DNA of 64,000 bases, from positions 162,192,001-162,256,000 of the forward strand of contig NC_091988.1 of assembly GCF_044704955.1 (NCBI RefSeq), given 5' to 3'. Positions 37,132 to 50,036 of the stretch are shown one piece after another (the first letter of the stretch is position 1; each line of letters begins with the position of its first letter). The notes below the pieces were generated by a model, which saw only the letters and a list, made by a program, of their open reading frames with translations, did not search any database and was not told where the DNA came from. A program made the translations under genes and the position numbers. Source of the stretch: Pristiophorus japonicus. Its lineage: Eukaryota.

Positions 37132-40099
37132 TATGGCAGGGGGATGGGAACCTATGCAGAGATACACAGGTAAGTAGAATGGGGGCAGAAGCAAAAGATT
37201 GAAAAAAGAAAATTAAAAGTGGAGGGCAGAGAAAACTAAGGCAAAAAGCAAAAAGGGCCACATTACAGCAAAATTCTAAAGGGGCAAAGTGTGTTAGAAA
37301 GACAAGCCTGAAGGCTCTGTGCCTCAATGCAAGTAGTATTCGGAATAAGGTGGACGAATTAACTGCGCAGATAGCAGTTAACGGGTATGATGTAATTAGC
37401 ATCACGGAGACATGGCTCCAGGGTGACCAAGGCTGGGAACTCAACATCCAGGGGTATTCAACATTTAGGAAGGATAGACAGAAAGGAAAAGGAGGCGGGG
37501 TGGCATTGCTGGTTAAAGAGGAAATTAATGCAATAGTAAGAAAGGACATTAGCTTGGATGATGTGGAATCGGTATGGGTGGAGCTACGGAATACCAAAGG
37601 GCAGAAAACGCTAGTGGGAGTTGTGTATAGACCATCAAACAGTAGTAGTGAGGTTGGGGACAGCATCAAACAAGAAATTAGGGATGCATGCAATAAAGGT
37701 ACAGCAGTTATCATGGGTGACTTTAATCTACATATTGATTGGGCTAACCAAACTGGTAGCAATGCAGTGGAGGAGGATTTCCTGGAGTGTATTAGGGATG
37801 GTTATCTAGACCAATATGTCAGGGAATCAACTAGGGAGCTTGCCATCCTAGACTGGGTGATGTCTAATGAGAAAGGACTAATTAGCAATCTTGTTGTGCG
37901 AGGCCCCTTGGGGAAGAGTGATCATAACATGGTAGAATTAAGATGGAGAGTGACGCAGTTAATTCAGAAACTAGGGTCCTGAACTTAAGGAAAGGTAACT
38001 TCAATGGTTTGTGGTGTGAATTGGCTAGAATAGACTGGCAAATTATACTTAAAGGGTTGACGGTGGATAGGCAATGGCAAACATTTAAAAATCACATGGA
38101 TGAACTTCAGCAATCGTACATTCCTGTCTGGAGTAAAAATAAAACAGGGAAGGTGGCTCAACCGTGGCTAACAAGGGAAATTAAGGATAGTGTTAAATCC
38201 AAGGAAGAGGCATATAAATTGGCCAGAAAAAGCAACAAACCTGAGGACTGGGAGAAATTTAGAATTCAGCAGAGGAAGACAAAGGGTTTAATTAAGAGGG
38301 GGAAAATAGAGTTCGAGAAGAAGCTTGCCGGGAACATAAAAACTGACTGCAAAAGCTTCTATAGATATGTGAAGAGAAAAAGATTAGTGAAGACAAACAT
38401 AGATCCCTTGCAGTCGGATTCAGGTGAATTTATAACGGGGAACAAAGAAATGGCAGTCCAATTGAACAAATATTTTGGTTCTGTCTTCACGAAGGAAGAC
38501 ACAACTAACTTTCCAGAAGTACTAGGGGACCTAGTGAGAAGGAGGAACTGAAGGATATCCTTATTAGGCGGGAAATTGTGTTAGGGAAATTGATGGGATT
38601 GAAGGCCGATAAATCCTCGGGGCCTGATAGTCTGCATCCCAGAGTACTTAAGGAAGTAGCCCTAGAAATAGTGGATGCATTGTGATCATTTTCCAACAGT
38701 CTGTCGACTCTGGATCAGTTCCTATGGACTGGAGGGTAGCTGATGTCGCACCACTTTTTAATAAGGGAGGGAGAGAGAAAGCAGGTAATTGTAGATCGGC
38801 TAGCCTGACATCAGTAGTGGGGAAAATATTGGAATCAATTATTAAGGATGAAATAGCAGCGCATTTGGAAAGCAGTGACAGGATCGGTCCAAGTCAGCAT
38901 GGATTTATGAAGTAGAAATCATGCTTGACAAATCTTCTGGAATTTTTTGAAGATGTAACTAGTAGAGTGGACAAGGGAGAACCAGTGGATGTGGTGTATT
39001 TGGACTTTCAAAAGGCTTTTGACAAGGTCCCACATAAGAGATTGGTGTGCAAAATCAAAGCACATGGTATTGGGGGTAATATACTGACGTGGATAGAGAA
39101 CTGGTTGGCAGACAGGAAGCAGAGAGTCGGGATAAATGGGTCCTTTTCAGAATGGCAGGCAGTGACTAGTGGAGTGCCGCAGGGCTCAGTGATGGGACCC
39201 CAGCTCTTTACAATATACATCAATGATTTAGATGAAGGAATGGAGTGTAATATCTCCAAGTTTGCAGATGACGCTAACTGTGTGGCGATGTGAGCTGTGA
39301 GGGGGACGCTAAGAGGCTGCAGGGTGACTTGGACAGGATAGGCGAGTGGGCAAATACATGGCAGATGCCGTATAATGTGGATAAATGTGAGATTATCCAC
39401 TTTGGGGGCAAAAACGCGAAGACCGAATATTATTTGAATGACGGCAGATTAGGAAAAGAGGAGGTGCAACGAGACCTGGGTGTCATTGTTCATCAGTCAT
39501 TGAAAGTTGGCATACAGGTGCAGCAGGCGGTGAAGAAGGCAAATGGTATGTTGGCCTTCATAGCTAGGGGATTTGAGTATAGGAGTAGGGAGGTCTTACT
39601 GCAGTTGTACAGGGCCTTGGTGAGGCATCACCTGGAATATTGTGTTCAGTTTTGGTCTCCTAATCTGAGGAAGGATGTTCTTGCTATTGAGGGAGTGCAG
39701 TGAAGGTTCACCAGACTGATTCCTGAAATGGCTGGACTGACATATGAGGAGAGACTGGATCAACTGGGCCTTTATACATTGGAGTTTAGAAGGATGAGAG
39801 TGGATCTCATAGAAACATATAATATTCTGACGGGACTGGACAGGGTAGATGCGGGTAGAATGTTCCCGATGTTGGTGAAGTCCAGAACCAGGGGACACAG
39901 TCTTAGGATAAGGGGTAGGCCATTTAGGACTGAGATAAGGAGAAACTTCTTCACTCAGAGAGTTGTTAACCTGTGGAATTCCTTGCCGCAGAGAGTTGTT
40001 GATGCCAGTTCATTGGATATATTCAAGAGGGAGTTAGATATGGCCCTTATGGCTAAGGCGTTCAAGGGGTATGGAGAGAAAGCAGGAAAGGGGTACTGA
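37122..40099 (+). pseudogene. CR1 ORF2 (APE endonuclease + reverse transcriptase), disrupted
   Basis: ITETWL, GGGVALL, MGDFN, SDH; [25 protein letters not shown]; fragmented across several ORFs. Confidence 0.95.
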
Positions 40100-41499
40100 G
40101 GGAATGATCAGCAATGATCTTATTGAATGGTGGTGCAGGCTCGAAGGGCTGAATGGCCTACTGCTGCACCTATTTTCTATGTTTCTATGGGCCCGTTCCT
40201 TCAATTACAAAGGAGGCTTCCATTGCACCCATTTACGAAGGGAATCCCCTAATGACATGCAATGGAATCCCCAAATAATTATAAAATGCACATATTTTTA
40301 ATAAATATAAATGTACTGAATTTCAATTTTATTCATAAAATTTAATTTTTTGGTAAATAATTTTAAACATCTTAATCCGGGCCAATATTTGCATAAATTA
40401 ATTAAGTGTATGTGCATCATTTTTGATTTAAAAATGTTTAATTTAAGGCTTATACATATCCTTATGCTGATGAAAGCAGGCCCTCTGCCTGCTTTTACCA
40501 GCCATAAGAGTTTTGTGGATAATTGTTGGACAGTTTTTGGGCAAATAGCCCATCTCTACACTAGCAATACTGATTTTCCATGTGGTTCGGATGATCCATC
40601 AAGGAGTACCTTGACAGATCGCAAGCTCTGGATTTCACGCAAACGCAAGCACATATGGAAACGCAGAATTTGAGGGGACGTTCAAATAGATTACAACGCC
40701 ATACTCTGAGAGTACGCCTTCACGGAGACCGCAATTTCCGGGCTAATGATGTTGTTGCAGAGTGTATAAAACAGTCTTAATATAAGACACACTCTTCTGT
40801 TACATTGCTGTTTGTAATGGGGTTGAATTTTTCACTTTTAACATATTCATTCGATTGATAGACCTTATATGATTTAATCCTCATAGTTTTGAAAAAATAC
40901 TAGCTGTGCTATGAGTTAGCACATGCATGTCCTGTACCTGCTGATAACTCATAGAAAAGGACACCAAAGAACACTCCCAAATATATTTTTTTTACCACAT
41001 GCTATAATTTTTATACGGAAAATGCAGAATGGTTGGGATTATGGACATATCAAATACTTGCCTTCAGCGTACATCAGGTTCACCACAGCGAGCCAAACCT
41101 CTGAGGCCATGTTGGGCGAGCAGTCAGACAGCTTGGCAACAAGTGTTGATTTCGGGATGGTGGTGGAGAAGTGAGGCTGGGCATCAGCATATGTGGACAG
41201 TGCTCATTGGACAGTCGGATTGGGCAACTTTTTCAGGAATGAGCTCATTAAGTTTCTGGGTAGAAAAGTAACAAGAGGTTCAGCAGCGTAGTTGCAGGTG
41301 CATTAGCTCTTCTGTGGGGCATCGGGTGTCGTGCATCTCACAGAAGACACTGGGAATCAAATATTGTCATACTTTCCTGCAACCATATTTAAAAAGAGAA
41401 CATTCTAATGCTTATTTAATAAATGGGGGCTGAAATTGTTTTTTGTCAGTAGTTTGAAATGAACCATAGGAAATCGACAGCCTGTTTTGCCCCATGCTT

Positions 41500-41779
41500 A
41501 GAGTTGTTAACCTGTGGAATTCCTTGCCGCAGAGAGTTGTTGATGCCAATTCATTGGATATATTCAAGAGGGAGTTAGATATGGCCCTTATGGCTAAGGG
41601 GATCAAGGGGTATGGCGAGAAAGCAGGAAAGGGGTACTGAGGAAATGATCAGCCATGATCTTATTGAATGATGGTGTAGGCTCGAAGGGCCAAATGGCCT
41701 ACTCCTGCACCTATTTTCTATGTTTTGATGTTTCTCTGGGCCCTATCCTTCAATTACAAAGGAGGTTTCCACAGCACCC
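41500..41779 (+). repeat. Duplicate of the CR1 3' end plus ~41 bp of its downstream flank (source 39959-40230)
   Basis: After the tail both copies continue ggccc..tccttcaattacaaaggagg.ttcca..gcaccc. Confidence 0.88.
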
Positions 41780-42999
41780 CTTGTGAAGCATCTTAGAATG
41801 CTTTCCTATGTTAAAGGCTAATTGACTGTTATGGTTATAGATGTTGTGAAAAGTGGTTTATAGCATTTTCACTATTCCAATCATTGTTATGTAAAGCAGA
41901 TTTTGGATAACTTAGGTGGCTGAACTACTCTGTCTAGTTTTCTGTGCTTTCAATAAACTGTTCGTTTTCAAATACTTCAGATTTCAAAATGGTACCATGT
42001 GGCAAGATATATTACCTTCAAAAAATGCTTGCTACTGCAACTGCAAACAAAATGATGCCAAATGATGCCTTTGGTAGTGAGTGAATGAGTGCCTTCATAC
42101 AAATGGCATGCACTTCTCTTAGACTCATGTTTATGCATTTGCACAGTGCAGATTGGGTGTTTCTACATGCGAAAGCTCTTTTTCTTTCTAACCTCCTGAA
42201 CACATTCTTATACGTGCTTCTCTTTTGTTTGTGTTATTGCAGGAGATGGAAACCCCAAGGAGAGCAGTCCCTTCATTAACAGTACGGAAGTTGAAAAAGG
42301 AAAAGAGTATGATGGGAAAAATATGGCTCTTTTTGAGGTACAGTATGGCAATTTACAGCAAACACCAACTTCCATCAATTTAGCTGAGAGAATCGAACAC
42401 TAATTTGAATTATGTTTTTGTCTTAGTGAGTGACAAATTAAGATTCTTAATAATGCAATGTAGTCAGCCATCTGCCACCTTATTCTTGGCCATCATTCAG
42501 GGAGTGTTGCAAACAGTTACATGTGTCTATGTATTGGAACATAATAGTTCAAAGTTCAGATCCTGTTCATGTACTGGCTTTGTTCAAGGTCAAGGGACAA
42601 AACAACTTTGCCCTCGTCATCTTCCGTCATCCGACAACATTATGTTAGTTGAGTGACTATCCCTGAACATTTGTGATAATTGGCATATGAAATAGAATTT
42701 GCTCATCAGCTGATTCAATGCAAATATTGACACAGTTTTTGGCTTGGATGGTAAAATTTGTCCCCATGGATTATAGAAGTATCCTATAATGTTTTATAAA
42801 GAGTGAAGCCTTTGCAATTGACCCTCAGTCCCTTCTGTAATCCATAGTCTGATACTTTACCAGCTGAAGTTAAATTCAGTACAAGCTGAAAATTATCTTT
42901 CTGCCATGCTAAATAACACAAAAGTGGACAATAATTTCTGTAGTATGACATTAGAACACAGCAGTCTGTTCTTTTGCCTTGTCTAAATATGGATATATT

Positions 43000-44060
43000 G
43001 GGCCAGATTATACTGGAAGCCTAATGATGTGCTAACTATGCAGATCAGCAATAATGCGCAAATTGGCCAGCGAATTCAGGGGGATTGAGATATAGCATGA
43101 GTTACGATTCTCGAGAACTTGCTGGTCCATTTACATCAATCCACTGTTTGCCTCACACAAACTTCATCTTGCCCTTAGCTTCCCTGTTATTTTTAAGAAC
43201 TTGCTGGATTTGAACGTTAATTGCCCATTAAACGTGTCACAGAAATTCAGGGAAAAAATGTTTTGAGCTGAAGGTTGCAGGAAACATCTAACTAATTCCA
43301 GCAAATTCCGGCTGATTAACCAAGAATTTACTGGAGCAGGGCATCTCATGGTGCGTGCCCTGTTAGACTTTTCCCTTCACCCTTCAACTCAAAACATGTT
43401 TTGCGCTGTAACTTGCTGAAAGTGCGAGCTGATAGCGCGGCAAGGGCAACGGGGCTGATGGGACCAACAGTCCATCTCTTTAACCAATGAGATTTAAGGA
43501 TTGATATATAAGCACTGAGAAGGAGGGTGAATTGGAGTAGATGAATTCGATGTCAAATCAGGTGCAAAAAGAAAAAGCGAGGGAAAGAAAGATTGGATTG
43601 AGTGAGAGAGAAAAAGAGACAGGAAGCAAAAGTAAGAAAAAATAAAGCAATTTAAAATTTGACATTTTTAAAATCTCCAACAATTCATTATGTAAAGGAA
43701 CGAGATTCCATACTTTTAATTGTTCACTTTCAGTGCCAGAGAGTTTGATTGGCAGTCAATAACTATTATCAGGTTGTAAGAAGGGTACTTATGCTATTAA
43801 TCACCAGACTTAACTTTCTGTGGTGAGTTTAATGGGCAATTAATGTGCAAATGCAACAACTTCATGAAGCTCATGGGGAGGTTAAAAGCATGATATCGTT
43901 TTTGCGAAGCTAATGGCAGAGCGGCACAAATTGTCCAACAACTTTTGATGATTCGCAATTCACGCAGTATCTCTCCCTCGGCACAAGTTGCTGGCTGATT
44001 TGCACATTAATAACGGCCTGCATCGTTCACACACTGTTATTGATCCGCAAATTCTGTGCC
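43000..44060. mobile_element. Old non-autonomous DNA transposon with ~250-bp imperfect inverted arms
   Basis: ttaattgcccattaaac (~43217) vs gtttaatgggcaattaa (~43827); gcaaattggccagc vs gctggctgatttgc; termini ggccagatt / aattctgtgcc. Confidence 0.75.
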
Positions 44061-45987
44061 AATAAATATGACATACAACATTAAAACTAAATTTCAACAA
44101 CAGTCAGAAGCCAAAATTTGTGCTGGATGCTTTTCAAGAAATACAATTGAATGGTGAAAAGACGGCATAATCTTTTATTTTGTCCAAGCAAAACCAATCG
44201 CTGTTTGCACAGGAAGAGCTATAGTAATGAGCTGGGTACATAGAAACATAGAAACATAGAAAATAGGTGCAGGAGTAGGCCGTTCGGCCCTTTGAGCCTG
44301 CACCACCATTCAAAAAGTTCATGGCTGAGCATTCCTTCCATACCCCTTTCCTGCTTTCTCTCCATACCCCTTGATCCCCTTAACCGTAAGGGCCATATCT
44401 AACTCCTTCTTGAATATATCCAATGAACTGGCATCAACAACTCTCTGCGGCAGGGAATTCCACAGATCAACAACTCTCTGAGTGAAGAAGTTTCTCCTCA
44501 TCTCAGTCCTAAATGGCCTACCACTTATCCTAAGACTATGTCCCCTGGTTCTGGACTTCCCCAACATCGGGAACATTCTTCCCGCATCTAACCTGTCCAG
44601 TCCCGTCAGAATCTTATATGTTTCTATGAGATCCCCTCTCATCCTTCTAAACGCCAGTGAATAAAGGCCCAGTTGATCCAGTCTCTTCTCATATGACAGC
44701 CCAGCCATCCCTGGAATCAGTCTGGTGAACCTTCGCTGCACTCCCTCAATAGCAAGAACATCTTTCCTCAGACTAGGAGACCAAAACTGAACACAATATT
44801 CCAGGTGAGGCCTCACGAAGGCCCTGTACAACTGCAGTAAGACCTCCCTACTCCTATATTCAAATCCCCTAGCTATGAAGGTCAACATACCATTTGCCTT
44901 CTTTACCGCCTGCTGTACCTGCGTGCCCACTTTGTGACTGATGAACCATGACGCCCAGGTCTCGTTGGACCTCCCCTTTTTCTAGTCTGCTGCCATTCAG
45001 ATAATATTCTGCCTTCGTGTTTTTGCCCCCAAAATGGATAACCTCACATTTATCCACATTATACTACATCTGCCATGTATTTGCCCACTCACCTAATCTG
45101 TCCAAGTCACCCTGCAGCCTCTTAGTGTCCTCCTCACAGCTCACACCACCACCCAGTTTAGTGTCATCCGCAAACTTGGCGATATTACACTCTATTCCTT
45201 CATCCAAATTGTTAATGTATATTGTAAAGAGCTGGGGTCCCAGCACTGAGCCCTGCGGCACGCCACTAGCAACTACCTGCCATTCTGAAAACTCTCTGTT
45301 TCCTGTCTGCCAACCAGTTCTCTATCCACATCAGTACATTACCCCCAATACCATGTGCTTTGATTTTGCACACCAATCTCTTGTGCGGGACCTTGTCAAA
45401 AGCTTTTTGAAAGTCCAAATACACCACATCCATTGGTTCTCCCTTGTCCACTCAACTAGTTACATCGTCAAAAAATTCCAGAAGATTCGTCAAGCATGAT
45501 TTCCCTTTCATAAATACATGCTGACTCGGTCCGATCCTGTCACTGCTTTCCAAATGGGCTGCTATTTCATCCTTAATGATTGATTCCAACATTTTCCCCA
45601 CGACTGATGTCAGGCTAACCAGTCTATAATTACCCGCTTTCTCTCTCCCTCCTTTTTAAAAAAAGTGGCGTTACATTAGCTACCCTCCAGTTCATAGGAA
45701 CTGATCCAGAGTTGATAGATTGTTGGAAAATGATCACCAATGCATCCACTATTTCTAGGGCCACTTCCTTAAGTACTCTGTGATGCAGACTATCAGGACC
45801 CGGGCATTTATCTGCCTTTAATCCCATCAATTTCCCTAACACAATTTCCAGCCTAATAAGGATATATTACAGTACCTCATTCTCACTCGACACACTGTCC
45901 CCAAGTACATTCGGAAGGTTATTTGTATCTTCCTTTGTGAAGACAGAACCGAAGTATTGGTTCAATTGGTCTGCCAGTTCTTTGTTC

Positions 45988-46824
45988 CATAAGAATATAA
46001 GAACATAAGAACATAAGAATTTGGAACAGGAGTAGGCCATCTAACCCCTCGAGCCTGCTCCGCCATTCAACAAGATCATGGCTGATCTGGCCATGGACTC
46101 AGCTCCACTTACCCGCCTGCTCCCCGTAACCCTTAATTCCATTATTGGTTAAAAATCTATCTATCTGTGATTTAAATACATTCAATGAGCTAGCCTCAAC
46201 TGCTTCCCTGCGCAGAGAATTCCACAGATTCACAACCCTCTAGGAGAAGAAATTCCTTCTCAACTCGGTTTTAAATTGGCTCCCCCGTATTTTGAGGCTG
46301 TGCCCCCTAGTTCTAGTCTCCCCGACCAGAGGAATCAACCTCTGTGCCTCTATCTTGTCCAGCCCTTTCATTATTTTAAATGTTTCTAGAAGATCACCCC
46401 TCATCCATCTGAACTCCAATGAGTAAAGACCCAGTCTACTCAATCTATCATCATAAGGTAACCCTCTCATCTCCGGAATAAGCCGAGTGAATCGTCTCTG
46501 TACCCCCTCCAAAGCTAGTATATCCTCCCTTAAGTAAGGTGACCAAAACTGCACGCAGTACTCCAGGTGCGGCCTCACCAATACCCTATACAGTTGCAGC
46601 AGGACCTCCCTGCTTTTGTACTCCATCCCTCTCGCAATGAAGGCCAACATTCCATTCGCCTTCCTGATTACCTGCTGCACCTGCAAACTAACTTTTTGGG
46701 ATTCATGCACAAGGACCCCCAGGTCCCTCTGCATCGCAGCATGTTGTAATTTCTCCCCATTCAAATAATATTCCCTTTTACTGTTTTTTTTTCCAAGGTG
46801 GATGACCTCACATTTTCCGACATT
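45988..46824 (-). mobile_element. CR1 subfamily B 3' fragment nested in CR1-A
   Basis: (TTCTTATG)n tail at 45988-46020; ORF 46240-46764; CAT at both junctions. Confidence 0.92.
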
Positions 46825-49800
46825 ATAAATTCACCTGAATCCGACTGCAAGGGACTTACGTTTGTCTTTACTAATCTTTTTCTCTTCACATATTTATAGA
46901 AGCTTTTGCAGCCAGTTTTTATGTTCCCTGCAAGCTTCCTCTCGTACTCTATTTTCCCCTTCTTAATTAAACCCTTAGTCCTCCTCTGTTGAATTCTAAA
47001 TTCCTCCCAGTCCTCAGGTTTGTTGCTTTTCTAGCCAATTTATATGCCTCTTCCTTGGTTTCAACACTATCCTTAATTTCCCTTGTTAGCCATGGTTGAG
47101 CCACCTTCCCAGTTTTATTTTTACTCCAGACAGGGATGTACAATTGCTGAAGTTCACCCATGTGATCTTTAAATGTTTGCCATTGCTTATCCACCGTCAA
47201 CCCTGCTGCCACGAGCTAGTAAGAGTAGGAATCGCAGGATAGCTCAGATGAATACGTGGCTTGAGCAGTGGTGCAGCAGAGAGGGATTCAAATTCCTGGG
47301 GCATTGGAACCGGTTCTGGGGGAGGTGGGACCAGCACAAACCGGACAGGACCGGAACCAATGTCCTAGGGGGAGTGTTTGCTAGTGCTGTTGGGGAGGAG
47401 TTAAACTAATATGGCAGGGGGTTGGAACCAAGACAGGGAGACAGAGGGAAACAAAATGGAGACAAAAGCAAAAGACAGAAAGGAGATGAGTAAAAGTGGA
47501 GGGCAGAGAAACCCAAGGCAAAAAACAAAAAGTGCCACTGTACAGCAAAATTCTAAAGGGTCAAAGTGTAATAAAAAGGCAAGCATGAAAGCTCGGTGCC
47601 TCAATGCAAAGAGTATTCGGAACCCAGGAGAGGGCTCTGAGCTAGTTCGAGTGGGTGAGAGCTCAGATGAACAGGACCCCAAGAAAGAATGCAAAAGGCA
47701 GGAGGCAACAGAGCAGAGTAGCAATGGGGTAAGTGTAAACCACAAGGTGATAGGAAGGGACAATATGTATGAATATAAAGGGGCTGCAGGAGGGGTCAAA
47801 ACTAAAAATCATGGTTTAAAAACTAGTATTAAAACACTCTACCTAAACGCACGCAGCATTCGAAATAAAGTAAATGAGTTGAAGGCACAAATCATTACAA
47901 ATGGGTATGATTTGGTGGCCATTACAGAAACGTGGTTGCAGGGGGGCCAAGACTGGGAATTAAACATACAGGGGTATCTGACAATTCGGAAAGATAGACA
48001 AGAAGGGAAAGGAGGTGGAGTAGCTCTGTTAATAAAGGATGATATCAGGGCAGATGTGAGAGACGATATTGGCTCTAATGAACAAAATGTTGAATCATTG
48101 TGGGTGGAGATTAGAGATAGTAAGGGGAAAAAGTCACTGGTGGGCGTAGTTTATCGGCCCCCAAATAATAACTTCATGGCGGGGCGGGCAATAATCAAGG
48201 GAATAATGGAGGCATGTGAAAAAGGAACGGCAGTAATTATGGGGGATTTTAACCTACATATCGATTGGTCAAATCAAATCGCACAGGGTAGCCTTGAGGA
48301 AGAATTCATAGAATGCATACGGGATTGTTTCTTCGAACAGTATGTTACAGAATCGACAAGGGAGCAAGCTATCTTAGATCTGGTCCTGTGTAATGAGAAA
48401 GGAATAATGAACGATCTCCAAGTAAAAGATCCTCTCGGAATGATTGATCACAGTATGGTTGAATTTGTAATACAGATTGAGGGTGAGGAAGTAGTGTCTC
48501 AAAAGAGCGTACTATGCTTAAACAAAGGGGACTACAGTGCGATGAGGGCAGAGTTGGTCTAAGTAGCCCCGAAACACAGACTAAAGGGTGGCACAATTGA
48601 GGAGCAGTAGAGGACTTTTAAGGAGCTCTTTCATAGTACTCAACAAAAATATATTCCAGTGAAAAAGAAAGGCGGTAAGAGAAGCGATAACTAACCGTGG
48701 ATAACCAAGGAAATAAAGGAGAGTATCAAATTAAAAACCAATGCGTATAAAGTGGCCAAGGTTAGTGGGAAACTAGAAGATTGGGAACATTTTAAACGAC
48801 AGCAAAGAATGACTAAGAAAGCAATAAAGAAAGGAAAGATAGATTACGAAAGTAAACTTGCGCAAAACATAAAAACAGATAGTAATAGCTTTTACCGATA
48901 TATAAAACGGAAAAGAGTGACTAAAGTAAATGTTGGTCCCTTAGAAGATGAGAAGGGGGATTTAATAATTGGAAATGTGGAAATGGCTGAGACCTTAAAC
49001 AATTATTTTGCTTCGGTCTTCACAGTGGAAGACACAAAAACCATGCCAAAAATTGCTGGTCACGGGAATGTGGGAAGGGAGGACCTTGAGATAATCACTA
49101 TCACGAGGGGGATAGTGCTGGACAAGCTAATGGGACTCAAGGTAGACAAGTCCCCTGGTCCTGATGAAATGCATCCCAGGGTATTAAAAGAGATGGCGGA
49201 AGTTATAGCAGATGCATTCGTTATAATCTATCAAAATTCTCTGGACTCTGGGGAGGTACCAGCGGATTGGAAAGCAGCTAATGTAACGCCTCTGTTTAAA
49301 AAAAGGGGGCAGACAAAAGGCAGGTAACTGTAGGCCAGTTAGTTTAACATCTGTAGTGGGGAAAATGCTTGAAGCTATCATTAAGGAATAAATAGCGGGA
49401 CATCTAGATAGGAATAGTGCAATCAAGCAGACGCAACATGGATTCATGAAGGGGAAATCATGTTTAACTAATTTACTGGAATTCTTTGAGGATTTAACGG
49501 GCATGGTGGATAGAGGTGTACCGATGGATGTGGTGTATTTAGATTTCCAAAAGGCATTCGATAAGGTGCCACACAAAAGGTTACTGCAGAAGATAAAGGT
49601 ACGTGGTGTCAGAGGAAATGTATTAGCATGGATAGAGAATTGGCTGGCTAACAGAAAGCAGAAAGTCGGGATAAATGGGTCCTTTTCGGGTTGGAAATCA
49701 GTGGTTAGTGGTGTGCCACAGGGATCGGTGCTGGGACCACAACTGTTTACAATATACATAGATGACCTGGAAGAGGGGACAGAGTGCAGTGTAACTAAAA

Positions 49801-50036
49801 TTGCAGATGACACAAAGATTAGTGGGAAAGTGGGTTGTGTAGAGGACACAGAGAGGCTGCAAAGAGATTTAGATAGGTTAAGCGAATGGGCTAAGATTTG
49901 GCAGATGGAATACAATGTCGGAAAATGTGAGGTCATCCACCTTGGAAAAAAGAACAGTAACAGGGAATATTATTTGAATGGGGAGAAATTACAACATGCT
50001 GGGGTGCAAAGGGACCTGGGGGTCCTTGTGCATGAA

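Larger units (their letters stand above)
35960..40189 (+). mobile_element. Near full-length CR1 LINE (subfamily A), inactive
   Basis: 5' UTR with two ~36-bp monomers, ORF1, ORF2 and a (TTCTATGT)n tail; 5' boundary approximate. Confidence 0.95.
35778..40744. mobile_element. Harbinger-type MITE split by a near full-length CR1
   Basis: TIRs gggctagaaattgc / gcaatttccgggct; TSD AAT at 35775-35777 and 40745-40747. Confidence 0.7.
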
